This document shows positions 24,066 to 37,452 of a DNA stretch of 64,000 nucleotides, piece by piece. The position numbers and the translations under genes are program-made. Below the pieces are notes generated by a model that did no database searches, was not told the origin of the DNA, and saw only the letters and a program-made list of their open reading frames with translations. How positions within the stretch are numbered: position 1 is the stretch's first letter; each line of letters starts with the position of its first letter. This stretch comes from Phoronis australis (Eukaryota; Animalia; Phoronida), in NCBI GenBank assembly GCA_002633005.1, contig NMRA01000144.1, positions 310,001 to 374,000 of the forward strand. The letters run 5' to 3'.

Positions 24066-25197
24066 GCACTCTAACAAGTTATGTCTATACAAGGAATGAC
24101 CAAGGTGGCACTCACATTAACAAAGTGATCGCATTCACGAACAGTGTACAGTACTAGAAATTGCGGGGAGGCTGTATTTTCAAAACAAAGTCTTGCGGAA
24201 TTTGTGCGATGTTCAATGGGCTACTGCCCTACTGCCGACCTCAACACCTACCGTCTTTCTACCTGCAATAAGCACCACTGAGGTTTTCTATACTGGGAAT
24301 TTCCGCAAAAAGGCCCACCCGACGAAACGCCCATGCCAATAGGCATATTTTTTGATGTTAGTACTTCGGGTTTCAAGCGTTCACACATTGGGACGTTTAT
24401 TTCGAAAATTGCAAGAGATGCAAATGGGTCCTGGGATACATCGTCAAGGTTTGAAGATAGTCCATGATGAACGGAACAAATTTAATTGCGCATGCTGTAA
24501 GATGCACTCTAACAAGTTATGTCTATACAAGGAATGACCAAGGGGGCACTCACATTGACAAAGTGACCGCATTCGCGAACAGTGTACAGTACCAGAAATT
24601 TGCTGGGAGGCTGCATTTTCACAACAAAGTCTTGCGGGACTCGTGCGATGCTCAATAGGCCTCCTAAGGAGCCCGAAGTGCCGTCCTCAACAACTACCGT
24701 CTTTCTACCTGCAATAAGCACCACTGCCATTTTCTATACTGGGAATTTCCGCAGAAAGGCTCACCCGACGAAACGCCCATGCCCATGGGCATTTATTTGA
24801 TGTTAGTACTTCGGGTTTGAAGTGTTCAGACATTGGGACATTTATTTCGAAAATTGCAAGAGATGCAAATGGGTCCTGGGATACATCGTCAAGGTTTGAA
24901 GTAGTCCGTGATGAACGGATCAAATTTAGTTGCGCATGCTGTAAGTCTTTTGAATGGACTTGGTTATCTCAGGGGGCTTAGTGCCAACTGAGCTGCGAAA
25001 CGAGATGCTGACATTGTAGAGGCGTACAAGCTCATGGATAGAGCAGTTGACGAAGTGCAAGTGTTGGGAACAAACATCAAATATGTCTGGGTAGAATTGT
25101 TCCAAGACGAGCAAACCATTGGATCCGATATACAGATTCCTCGGCAGCCTAGACACCAGAAAGATAGGACCAACGTTCCTGGAGAAACACCCAAGTA
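24066..25197 (+). pseudogene. hAT-family (THAP12/ZMYM1-like) transposase remnant with ~440-bp internal tandem duplication
   Basis: Direct repeat 24066-24503 / 24504-24945. Manual translation of 24944-25197 gives YLRGLSA.(LQ)KRDADIVEAY...IPRQPRHQKDRTNVPGETP, resembling the hAT LS..LQ...DI..A and PR..RQ..R.N.P..TP motifs. Confidence 0.55.
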
Positions 25198-27879
25198 ATA
25201 AGTTATATAATTCTACACAGTTTGTAATAATGTCGGTTTTTTATGCTTGTGTACAATGAAAACGAAATAGAAATTATTTTTGGACATGCCAAATTTACCC
25301 AGTACAGTAGAGGGTCTACGAGCGCACAGAAACTGATTCTGGTTTGTATTTCCACTTGAGTCTATCTGCTTCATATCCAAAATCTATTTCAAATAGTGCG
25401 TAGTTAAATCTGTACTCAATACTTGTTTCTTCCAGGGAGTACCGGGTACTACAGAACGGTGCGAAAACCTTTCCTAGACAACCTCTCGTAGATGTGTAAA
25501 CTACACGTATGAGCAACCACTGGGGATTAAAAAGTGTCTTGCAAAGTACTCTTTAGGTCTCGTGACGGTGCACACGATGTTTTGGTTTCGTGAAACTGTT
25601 TTCAGATGATTTGTTTCCTTATACATTTGACGTTTTTCAATTGTTGTCAACGTGATTCAGCTTAATAAAGTGATACTTAATTGTTTATCGTCACTTTTAA
25701 TAATAGACTATGAGCTAAGAGCACCGTCGTTCGCCAGTTTTTCTCGTAACGAGAGAGAACACATGTTTATTTCCGGACTAACAGTGCAGGTCTTCGTTCT
25801 TAAAGTCCTTGTCTCACGCGTTGTTAACCCTTATTACATGGTTAGAAGATGTTATAAGGATCCAAGAAGTACCTACCCCATAACTAATACACGATTTGTA
25901 CTCGAAAACAGTTTAAATGAACGCGCCACTCACGATTCGCACCCGAAGAAACACCGCCATTTTGAACTTGCCGCGAACCCGGAAGTACAATTCATTCAGG
26001 AACCCAGGCCGAGAACGCCGTCAGTGCGACTGGAGCAGTGCCTGTACTGTTACCAGCCAGCAAACGGGGATAAAAAAAATCGACAGCGCGCCTTAATTTT
26101 GATAAAATCAAACTACTGACAATTTTATGGAATTTGCTGAAGAAATGTGGCGAATAAATTTTGACAAATTATTTTGCCAGACTCGGGACTGCAGCCTATC
26201 GGACCCGGTGCGGATCGAGACCAGACACTCGGCGAACGGTAAATGCATGCGGTTGCAAGCTGTTTTGTCGAAGTAAAATGGTCAAATGATAAATGCTGCA
26301 TATATTCAAAGGTAGTTTCAGACACTTGCATGAAATTACGGGCTGGTTAGTCCTGTGTCACACTGCTGGCCACAAACACAAAAAACACGAAAATTGAACA
26401 AAGTTTCTTTTTTGTAGCAACGTTTGTCAAAATGTATCAACGTTAAATCTTCACAAATTACAAAGTAGCCGATTGAACATGCCTTTCAGTTCAGCAAAAG
26501 TCGACATTGTAGGTGCCGCCAGAAATGAGACGAAGTCCAACGGGAATTGTGAGCACATTTATCACTTAATGAGTAACAACTGCGAGGCTGAAATTTGGTG
26601 AACACTGCTAAATCGTGCAGAATAGTAAGTAAAGATATGTCTAACTAAATTTCACCGTAATTTGTTGGCGAAAACAATTTACACAAAGTTTTAAACTCGT
26701 AACTCATCCCGCTGTCCTCCAATATGGCCGACGCGATCCAAACAAAGTGACCCAAATTTCGCCACAAAACTTGCAATAACTTTACAGTGCTTGCCCCGAT
26801 TTTGATACTTTTTCGATTTTTACTGAGTAGAATGTACTACCTTTCCGATGATAGCAAAGTACTTTTTCAAAACGAGGAAAAAAATAAAACCGAAAAAAAA
26901 TTGGTTCGACCCATATTGGTTCCTAGGTTCGACCGGCCTACGTAAGGAACTAAACACCAATGCTATTTTAACATACTAAGTACGCGTAACATTCCAAAAA
27001 AATCAACGACCACTAACTACAAACTATAAATACACTACATATGCAAACGAATCACGATATATTACTAATAAAACAAAATAATGAAGACTTTTCGAGCAAG
27101 CCATAGCACATTCAGTTACAAGGAAAAAATGGCGGCGTTCAGGACAAGTTCCTGAACTGATGAGCCGGAAATGTGGGTACGGAAATAACCGATGACAACC
27201 GGTAATCATACGCTCAGAGAGAAGGGTCAAATACTGTTACAAAATCGCTTTTGGCAAGGAAGGCGAAAAGAATATAAAGAAAGGATGTCGAAAATAAGAA
27301 TTTATGTAGTAAGTATTTTCGGATACTGGAACCACATGGGCAGTTTGCAACAAGGACTTTAAACAGCTTGAGGCTGTTGCGATCATCTGATATTCAAGAT
27401 TTTACGCCCCGTCGGTGCTCCTTATGCTGTTGAATATTTGTTAGTTGTCTAAACCCCTGTATACACACCACACTTTTTCGTATGCTAAAAAGGTGTGTGT
27501 AAGCCGATGTTCCAACAAAAATTTTTGTTGGTGGCGTGACTCATACCCAAATGTGCACAAATATGGTTTCACGAAACTTGTGAGCTAAGTTCATGTGACG
27601 AAATCGAGAAGGTTTTTAATTATCTTAAGAAAAACTCCAGGGACATGTTAAGTTCCAGAAACGTACCAGGATGCATGGAAATTTCACTGTTTGGCTACAA
27701 AAACAAAAAGTTGTCTTACACGGGAGGGGGTTTACCCGACCTCCCTCCCCCCGCTCGGCGCCACGCGCCTCGGATTCGACCTTTGCGGGAATCCTAAACC
27801 CCTCCCTTACTGAAAACGTAGATCCGCCACTGAAAGTTTTATTATACCACAATATCAGCATTGAATGGCCAATACAACT

Positions 27880-28725
27880 GTGTAATAACCCATTTACTTA
27901 TTCAACGGCGTTAAATAACATTTTGGCGGGAAACCGAGGCCGGTTTCGAACCCGCTCCGCAAGTTTCGAGTCGTCAACTTTACCACTGCGTACTGCACCA
28001 CTCAGCAGCTGAAGTCATCGAACGTGAAAATAGAATACTTAAATGAGCACGCGCAATAATCACATGTTCAACAGACGGCCTTGTACCGACATTTATACGC
28101 TATGAAAAATGAGACAAATATTTTCAATAAAAACGATATTTTAGTTAATTCAGTGAAATATATCTCTCATTTTCTCTTACCTGTAAATCATCGAATTCCA
28201 ATTTGAATGTGAGTATCGTGTCGTCGGGATCCTTTGACATTATTCTCAGTAACCAGTGGTAACCTACTTTAGCAGACGATATTTTCACGGTCGAAGCTTA
28301 GCATGATAACATTTGTAGTAAGCTAAGACTAGGTTCTAAAACTTAATTTATAGATTCACTTTATTTCTATTTTGTTTTTAAAATTAAAATTTTCAATGGG
28401 TTTTGAGTAAAAATATTATTTTGTCAAAAATAACTCAGCTTTTATTAAGAGGTCACGAACTTCGACCCCGGGCCTCTGACATAGAAAGTAGTTGCAAAGC
28501 CGAGACGAGTCGAAAAAGGTAGATCGATTCATTGGAATGTTTCTCGTTCAGCATGTGGTGTAAATAGATTATTAGATGTTCTCAGTCGTTAACTCCCTTA
28601 TCTAGAGCATTTGAGGATGTTGGAGAATTATCGCCCTCGGGGCTAACGACCTCGGGCAATAATTCTCTAAAATCCACTCGGGCTCTAGATTTCGGGGGAT
28701 AACGACTTCGCCATGTTATAATCTA
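27880..28725 (-). repeat. Interspersed repeat copy 1: tRNA-like A/B-box segment plus terminal ~160-bp palindrome
   Basis: Minus-strand gcagtggtaaag...gggttcgaaacc; homologous to 32809-33200; palindrome 28565-28725 centred on ccctcggggctaacgacctcggg. Confidence 0.6.
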
Positions 28726-29771
28726 CATACATATCTAATGTCGTCTTTGCACATTGATGCCTTCGACTCGCAGCCAATTTCCCACATTGGCAGATGACGT
28801 CTTGGGCGGTACATGAATGGCCAATTACTAGAGACCACTACAAAGGCAAACGTTAGTAACTAAAACTGACACTAGTGTGCGGTCCGAAACTCGTCACCAG
28901 CTTCATACTCAAAGGAAAACATTTAACAGATCAGATCCTACAAGAGGTTTAGTAATCGTAAAGCGGCGGACGACGGACGCCCGTATTTTGAGACAGTAGC
29001 TAGGTAACGGCAAAATGTATCCTCATTTATCCCATATATGGGAAAATACGGATGCTGTCAACATTTTCAAATATGAAATACGGAAAAGTAGAGCCAATCC
29101 GTATACAACGGTAGACGCCGTATTCAAAGGTAGAAGCCATATTTTACGGTTAGTGAGTAGTCTCCTTATCGAGTAAATTTTTGTGCAACGCCAAATTTAA
29201 TTGAGTTCGTTCATTTGGGCTACACAAATCATCAGTCCAAGGCGTCGTTCCTGAAAAAGCAGTTTTACTGCTCTAAAAACAGAAAAAATACCGATGAAAA
29301 TTCCGACGCACGGTGATCAGGCGGCTATTTTTCGGCCTCGCTGAAGTTTCAATCTGGGTAATTATAAATAGGTCAAGCAAAATCAGCTGAAATCCAACGA
29401 AAACGTTTCGTTTTGGATGCATACAGTACATCTAAACTGAGAGCTATGGTCTTTACAGGATCGAGTATGTGCTCTCCGTCGCTGTCGACCGTATCGTAAA
29501 ATCTGCTGTTTGCTAGACAGTCTTTACCTCAAGTTGTGCAAATCAGCAGTTTCCACCGTTATTTTCTAATGCTGTGATCAACACGGGGAAACGTTTCTAT
29601 CACTATTTACAGTCCAGAAGCTAAGACACGAACATAGACTAATAAAACTAAGAAATTTATCGAAGCTAAAATGACACACTGCTGCACAACTCGATTCAGG
29701 GATTTTTTCAGTTTTTATATTCCCGGATGGATTGTTTCTAAGTTTCCGACAAACTTTTGATATTATTGAAT

Positions 29772-32012
29772 TAGTCAGGTTTGTTGCGTAATTTTGTTGG
29801 AATTTTTTGGGGAAAGTGAAAACTTTACATTTTTGGAAACCTCATGGAATGAAAAATGAGAAAATAACTGATTCCATTTTTGGCGGCCATGTTTGCGGCC
29901 ATCTTGGATTTTCAAAAATGGCACCGGTAAAACGGATTTTGCCCAATATCTCCGCTTTTGAGTCACTTAGAATGTTGGTTTTTATGGCTACACCTGCATT
30001 CCTCATGTCAAGGAATTAGAAATTTTAATTTTATTGTCCATCTTGGATTTTAAAAAATGGCGCCCGTAAAATACATTTCCTAAGTATCTTTGCTTTTGGG
30101 TCACTTTGAATATTAGTTTTTTTAAAACTGGCTGCACCCACATTTTTGTGGTCAAAAAATCTGAAAATGCAACTTATTAAACATAATCAAAACCCCATTT
30201 ATTAGCATGCATTCTTCATGTAATCCAACACATATGATCACTATCTTACTTTCTTCTATATTTTGTTCAGATCTTGTTTCCTTCAAGACACTTAAAATAA
30301 ACCAGTACCTAAACAACTTATTTACGCTTGAAGAACACGAAAGTATGTTTTTTGTAGTGTCAATAGTCTTTCGAAACTTTGAAATCAGTCTATACGTCAT
30401 TGCTATTGCCATCACTGTCAACAGGAATCCCATCATCATCGCCATTCTGACATTTTGCACTACACTGACATAGATCTGCGTAAGATAGGTCTTTTGATCG
30501 GCAAGAGCATCTTTGGGAAGAGGAATTGTTTTTGCATTGGCATCTAACCATCTCAATGATAGCCTCTGGCGCCCGAAGCTCCTCAGTTGTGAGGGTTTCA
30601 GCTGGTCATCTTTGTCCTTGTAAATTCATTCTGCAATGGGTCAAGGAACTCCTGTCGAGCAATGACCGCCTGGCCCCACACTCTGGCTTGAATAAATGCC
30701 CTCAGCACATGTTGTTTCAAAGCACCAATGGTTGGTGGACGTTTGTCGCTCTCAGCCATATATTCACAGAAGAGGTACCACCTCGGGTCTGGGATGCTAT
30801 TTGTGTCTATACCCTATGGTACATGTAAAAGGGGCCAATGTAAAAAGTGTTTCAGCTGTTACTTCATAAGCATTACAAAAATCTGCTGTGCACTGATATC
30901 ATCAGTGTTTGCCTTCAAATATATATTCAACCTTCATAATGGACCAGTGTTGTCTGTCCATGTAACAGCATGGAAAGCAGGAAGAGACTTTGCCCGGACA
31001 GCACCTAATACTGTCCTCATTGGATTCACGTGATGTGATGCCAGAACTGCATGGTGTAGAGTACGGTCAATCTGCTTTTTGTGATGTTTTCTTCTAAGCG
31101 CAGATCTTGTCGGTTGCTCTTTGTGAATCTGGAAGCTGAAGTAATGGCTTATCTTGGCAGAGTCTTTATTATATTCAAGTGTCTTTGCAGACAGATATTC
31201 AGTAAGGTGAGCCTTTTTTGGCCATGGGAGAGCTAGGAAACGGCTCATTGTGATGTTCTTTATGTAAGTCTTATCTCTTATCTGGTACTGTACTTGACCC
31301 TTTCTCTGCCTCCTTTTTCTCTTGTGGCTTGTTTCAAAGAGTCGTCTTTGTGGGTGTCAAAAACCAGAATGATAACGTCATAATCTCTAGTTAACGTGCA
31401 GTTTTCTGGCTTGGGTGAACACACTCGTTGGATGTTGTTTACATGTTTTCTGAGTTTAAAACCTCTCTTGCAGCTTGAGGACTGTCCTGTTCTAAGACGT
31501 CTGCTTCGGAAAGTTTCTGCAGACGGTGGATTCTATTCGATTTGTCTGTGCATCACATCACTGCGCCACTGGCAGCAAATATTGCTCTTGGTGTTAGGGT
31601 GAATTCATAGTAGCTGATAGCATGTTTCTGGTCGATTTGCCCAGCAGGCTACAACTCCTGTTGTTCTCGTCATTGATCCTTAGCCTGGTTACTGCCAAAC
31701 TTATCTGCCATCCGACTGTCAAAGGCAAACTGCATTTCCATTGAGTAGAGGAGAACTGGATTCCAAAGTGAACAGTGGAAATAATATCGAAATCTTTAAA
31801 AGATATATACAGTATATCTATTCAAAAAGATTTAGATATACAATGTAAATCTATTTTACCAATGGCAAGATGGCTGCCAAGATGGCCACCGAAAAAATGG
31901 AATCAATTATTTTCTGATTCGTCATTCCATGAGGTTTCCAGAAATGTATAGTTTCCACTTTCCCCAAAAAATTCCAGCGTATGTCAAAATTTGGACATAG
32001 TGAACCTGACTA
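29772..32012 (-). mobile_element. Internally deleted Academ (AcademX) DNA transposon
   Basis: ~140-bp TIRs starting TAGTCAGG with 3-bp TSD AAT. Minus-strand remnants: ILVFDTHKDDSLKQATRKRR (XPG-like), RPPTIGALKQHVLRAFIQARVW and the Cys-rich APEAIIEMVRCQCK....RCSCRSKDL..ADLCQC. Confidence 0.82.
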
Positions 32013-32808
32013 AATGGTTCAGTGCATTAACTTGCATGCCGGCCCGTAGCCAGTATTGCGCAGGGGGTGGTTCGAATTTCTTGAACGTTGGACCTTTGAT
32101 ATTTTACAAATGTCCGTCAAAAGTGTGGGTTTTCATTAAGGGCCTCAGTTGACGCAGCTTAATCAGGGGGGAGGAAATCTGTATACACTACGATGACTCT
32201 CAGCTCTGTGTTTTTGAGACGAGACGGAATTAGTAATACCAGAGATGAGGAACCCGTGAAGTTTGCGCGCAACGAGCGGGACTCAATTCGGATGTAATGT
32301 ACGAGGTCCAAAACGTCCTTGCGTTACTTCCTGCCAAATTTTCAAATCAGGCGTGCTTAAATGAGCAATTGCACCTACGGGGACAGAAATACTTAGTCGG
32401 AGAACAACTTGAATTTTTATATAGTTATATTTTTGCGTGTTACTTACGTTGCTTACCTCGTTGGAAATGGGAAAAGCCCACTACTCACCATTCGGTTCGC
32501 CATTCTGAAGGTTCACTACTTTAAAGGTTCACTACTACAAAAAGATCTATTTTTTCAACTCATGTGTAATTTTTACTCGTGTACATGCAAAAAATGAATG
32601 ATACATACTTTGAACGGTGTACCTATACCGAAAACAACGATCAAACTAATCTGCGACTAAACTGCGATGTTTGGATTTCACGCACCTGCGAAATTGCCCG
32701 CATTTCTTACAAAAACTGAAATTGATCACGTTATTACATTATAAATATATGTAGTGGGAATATTGGTGAATTATACCACAATATTAACGTCAAATGGCAG
32801 ATACAACC

Positions 32809-33200
32809 GTGTAATAACCCATAAAGTTATCTCACTAGTGAGATAACGATTTGGCGGAAAACCGAGGACGGGGTCGAACCCGGGACCCTGAAATTGCTGA
32901 TCGCCGACTTTACCACTACACCACGCAGCGACTGACGTGATCAAGAGTGAAAATAGATTACTTAAATGAGCACGCGCAATAATCCCATGTTCAACAAACC
33001 GCATTGTACTGTACTTATACGCTACGAAAAATAAGACACATAATTTCCATAAAAATGATATCTTAATTCGGTGATATCTTAATTCGTGGATTTTGGAGAA
33101 TTATCACCCTCGGGGCTTACGCCCCTCGGGCGATAATTCTCCAAAATCCACTCGGGCTCCAGATAACGGGGGATAACGACTTCACCATGTAATAATCTAC
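32809..33200 (-). repeat. Interspersed repeat copy 2: tRNA-like segment plus palindrome
   Basis: Minus-strand gtggtgtagtggtaaag...gggttcgacccc; hairpin ~33087-33152; colinear with 27880-28725 but lacking its middle part. Confidence 0.6.
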
Positions 33201-33646
33201 ATTTATCAACCACGATTCACTCATCAAATCCATATCAAGGCTGCATCATTTCACAGCGCGACTGAAAAGTTTAGGGCCGCTGCGCCTGAACCTCACCCAC
33301 CGGAATCGCACACACGGCGGGTCGAAATTAAACGTAGTAAGCAGGCTACCCTGTCCCTCCCAGTCTTCACGAAGTCAGTGATCCCTATTCAGTCCTCTTA
33401 TTTAAAACCGTTGGTCTCCGTAGCCCTGACCCGTGCCCCAGATGTTGTCCATGCTTGAGGATGAGTCGTTAGTTAGATTCAAGAATGACGATTGGCAGTG
33501 ATTGGATCCGAGCTCATTTGTAAACAATGAAGTCAATGTATTAAGAACTAGTCGACTTTTGCACACCATTTAAATGGTTACTAAATGGACACAAATACAA
33601 TGATTTATTCATGTTTGTTACGACAATCTGATTGTCGTATTGAATC

Positions 33647-33850
33647 AGAGTGTAGCTCAGTGGTTTGAGGTTGGGGCTCCTGTTTGGGAGACTTGGGTTC
33701 GAATCCTGGCTTCACTGGCTGCCAATCGAGCACTGCACAAAGGTGTCTCCTACTTATCTGAGCTCGGTTTTACTAGTGAATATGTGCAAGGGTGTGAATT
33801 AGAACTTGGATATAATGCTAAGCGACTCCTGGGGCTGTGCTTATATTTAA
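33647..33850 (+). mobile_element. tRNA-derived SINE
   Basis: A box tagctcagtgg and B box gggttcgaatcc, without a proper acceptor stem; followed by a body and a tail ending ..aagcg..gcttatattt. Confidence 0.6.
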
Positions 33851-36800
33851 GACAAAAAATAACTGTCTGAGTTCGGGTTTTGGAATTGCGGGCATTCGAA
33901 GTAGTGAACTTCCGAAGGTGGCTTAATCTTCAGAGTAATGGACCTTCAGAGTAGCGAACCTTCGGAATTGTGGCATCTAACCTAGGAAATCTTTTCCATC
34001 AAGTTAGCTGCTCGTATGAAGTCTATGAGGCTGTGCACCATTGACGCTATTGACAAGAGAAGTCTATCCCCATTGACCAAAGTTTTGGGTCTAGACCTAC
34101 TTTTCCCCAATAATGTGAACATACTTGTCGGTGTTTTCTCAGAGCAAGCAAACATGGTTATGTTAAATTCTGGTTTTAGAGCAACAATGGAGGGCTACAT
34201 ATAGTTAACTTACCGTCGGCTCCTACTGAATTTAAAAGGACGGAAACGCACACACGTGTACACGCATGCATGTTAATCCACCAATCCACAATAGAATTGG
34301 ACACTGGATGAAAAACATACCTGTATTTGACGAACACTTTCAATTTCAAATTTGAAAACGCCTGCCCTTTACTGTACTATGCTAGCAAACGATATCAGAT
34401 AACAAATTTATTGTCTGCTGATTTGTTTCTTGGTCGATTTTTGGCAGGCTCTCTCACCGCTATATAACTTATTTCTAGACTCTCTTGTTTCCCTACGGTG
34501 TAACCCCACGTGTGTTCAATACAGATGAGTATCATAAAGCCTCCTCTAATCGTCTGCACGATCCTGTCATCTACGCAAATACCACTCGGGCGAAGTTGGT
34601 CTGGCACAATCCGATGATCACGTGAAGAGCTTTGAGTGAAAAGGCAAATTCAAAATTATTACTAATTTAGTTATCATTGTGGTACATGTACGACTAGCTG
34701 CAACAATTTTGTTGTTGTCCATCTGTATCCTATCTTTAACGGATAGACTGGGGCTGGACCTTTCCGCAGAGGAAGGGTTCGCTCCCTCGAACCCTCCCCC
34801 CCCCCTCCTGGCAACGGGCCTGTGTGTTTGTGTGTGGGCGTATCAAAATGAAGTTAATAAAAATAGCAATTCCTCAAACTGGAAGTGTCGCATTAAATCA
34901 CTGTGTTAGTCCCGGGAGCTTTAAATAAAATTTTCACTATCACTCAGTTAAGCCTACAACGGCAGATCACGGCAAAACAAATGACTTCCAGCATCGGTCA
35001 CTTTGCCCTTGTGCTGAAGCCCAACAAACTCATAAATGGAATGGCGTCGTAGAGTACATCCTGCAGTACCTGTAGTTGATCTACTTAGTCCTGGATACCG
35101 TCGGTTACAGTTCACAGATTTTGAAAGTTCGATTACGAGCAACAGTTATTTTTCAATTTTAAAATCAGTTACAATAATGGTCAAATGCCTTTATCATTAG
35201 TCTTGAAAGGCGGGCACTCACTGTTTACGACCACATCGAAAAGCCTAGTTGCCAATCACAGGCGCTAATAATACACTGACAGACTAGAAGAAACGCAGAG
35301 GGGTTAGGCATACCGCGTACCAACTATGTAAACGTGGATAGACCGATATCGCACGATTCACACCATGACGTCAGCCGGTCCAAGTAAGCTGGGTTCCCTG
35401 GCTTTTTAATGATCATTCGCTGTGACCAGTGGTCAAAACACCAGCAGATTTTCAATCCCAGTCCCGTTGTATAACAATTCACATTTAACTTGAAAAATAT
35501 GTTATCAGAATTAGTTACATGTAGAATACCAGTACTACAGTAGCTATTCATCCGGTAAGTGTTATTTGCTTATTCATGTAGTATATCACTTCCAGGATTT
35601 GAAGAACTGTTAACACAGCTTTCATAGCACGTAGTGGAGTAGACATGAAGAGACGAGGACGACTGGAGAAAGATGGCGGAGGAGCTAGAGCAGCACAGAC
35701 ATCCCCTCACTGAGCAGCAGCCATGTCTCTATAACATCTGCATTAGCCAAGTAAGTACAGACATCATGATGGCTCAGAACGAACTGGTCACCAGGAGTGA
35801 GCAGAGAAGTAAGTTTTTTTAGTTTGGTCAGATGTCTCAGTTTCTGTCAAGAATCATTCTGCTACGCACGGGAATGCCGGCCAGCTTCTGTGCTACGTCG
35901 TCTGGACTGCATCTGGAACTGCAGGAGGTTTGGATGTAAGCCATGTTCGGCACGCGACCGGCCCCCTATCCCCTCGCTTCCAAGAAAATTATTATGTTTG
36001 AAACATATGCCCACACAAAGGTGCCAAGCGACAATGAGAGGATAAGACGAGGAAAATCAAAGAAGCCTCCTTCGCCCAGAAACTATTCTAGACATCTCCA
36101 AATCATAGCTCTGTGCAATAACCTTTTGCATGTATGCAGCTATCCCCTTCCACACAACATCAAGGTGGTCAAGAAGAACCACAGTATAGCTACCCCATGT
36201 TGAAGCAGACATCACACCTTATAGGTACCTGTTGAAAATGAAAGCTATAGAAGAAGGGCCCACACCACCAGAATCCTCAGTGACATCATTGTTTGTCTTC
36301 GTGGTGTTGGTTTATTGGACATCAGGGATGTCAGGTGACGCCAGGATTCAAATGGACATAAACGGAGCAGTTCGGAGACTAAGGCCCAGGAAGTGCAGCC
36401 AACTTCTCAAAATTTATGCAATGTCAGTTGTTCTATCCCTTTAGAAATAGAAAGCTGACGGCCCACGTACTCTAAGAAGCAACATTCTAGAGCAAGGTAT
36501 TGGGGCAGTCTAGTGCAATACTGAGCTTTGCGAAACTTTTTGTGTATTCTTCTAACCTTTGTATCGGCAGATAAGTTGTCAAACAATGAACGATGACCGC
36601 GTTCACTTCTACTGTGGACGAAAAATGCCTCTATCAAATGCCACCAACAGATAATAACGTCCTCTTGTACGCGACTTGAGTACACATGTACTTTCAGATA
36701 CTGCTGTGGAATGCAGTTTACCACCGACAAACACCGTAAAAGTAAACGTAAATTCAACTTTGGATGGAAAATAGACAATTCTGTAGTAACATTGGCCACT

Positions 36801-37402
36801 TCAACAGTACACTGTGTCTGTTGCAACCCAAGCTCCAGTTGACGTAGTCCGTTGCATCTGCAGTGCATATATGGACAGATGCTGCAGTTGAAACAGTGCT
36901 GCCCTGTCCTGCACAGGTGATTACACGTGACAAGCAGTGGTGTTCTCCAACTGTCTTTAATACGTGTACTTAAATATTAATTCAAGCACTCTCAATTCCC
37001 TTAAAATCTTTCTACACGTATATGCGTATTGAATTTGACTATAAATTGAAGTTACCGGTAAACGCTGGGTGCATTGATATATTATATACTTAGTTCAATA
37101 TTTATGCGGGACACTCAGTATTGTGATTTGTTGTTGAGATTTTGGTAATATCGGGGTCCAGTATTTGACATGTCATTTACAATTTTCTTAATTATAATAA
37201 TACAACAGAACAACAATGTTAAAAGAGGCCTACACGTAGTATGTTATAACTACAGACACGTAGTCTACATGTATGTAACTTGCACGGACTTCACGAATAC
37301 ATTTCTTACATCGGGACTTCGTTTAAGTTTCGTGAATTCAATGTCTTTAATTTCTATGATACCCGGTATGTGTCGCTGTAGTATAGCTTGTATAATAAAC
37401 TT

Positions 37403-37452
37403 TCCCTCTCCCTCTCCCTCTCCCTCTCTCTCCCTCTCCCTCTCCCTNCTCC
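37403..37452. repeat. (CCCTCT)n microsatellite containing an ambiguous base N
   Basis: Seen directly; a similar CT-rich tract lies at 38573-38647. Confidence 0.9.

Noticed and set aside
25300-27000. 155-aa ORF 25652-26119 and a possible DNA transposon around it
   Set aside because: No recognisable domain, and no TIR pair or TSD that I could verify.
33647-33720. Functional tRNA gene (also 27930-28000, 32860-32930, ~39300)
   Set aside because: A/B boxes are present but no convincing cloverleaf or acceptor stem; embedded in repeats.
32490-33985. Element bounded by inverted 15-bp subrepeats (gaaggttcactac / gtagtgaac..ttc)
   Set aside because: Termini and TSD could not be defined.
32039-34822. 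Single composite hAT element bounded by c.ggcccgtagccag / ctggcaacgggcctg
   Set aside because: The ends are inverted matches but no TSD is present; they may be independent MITE fragments.
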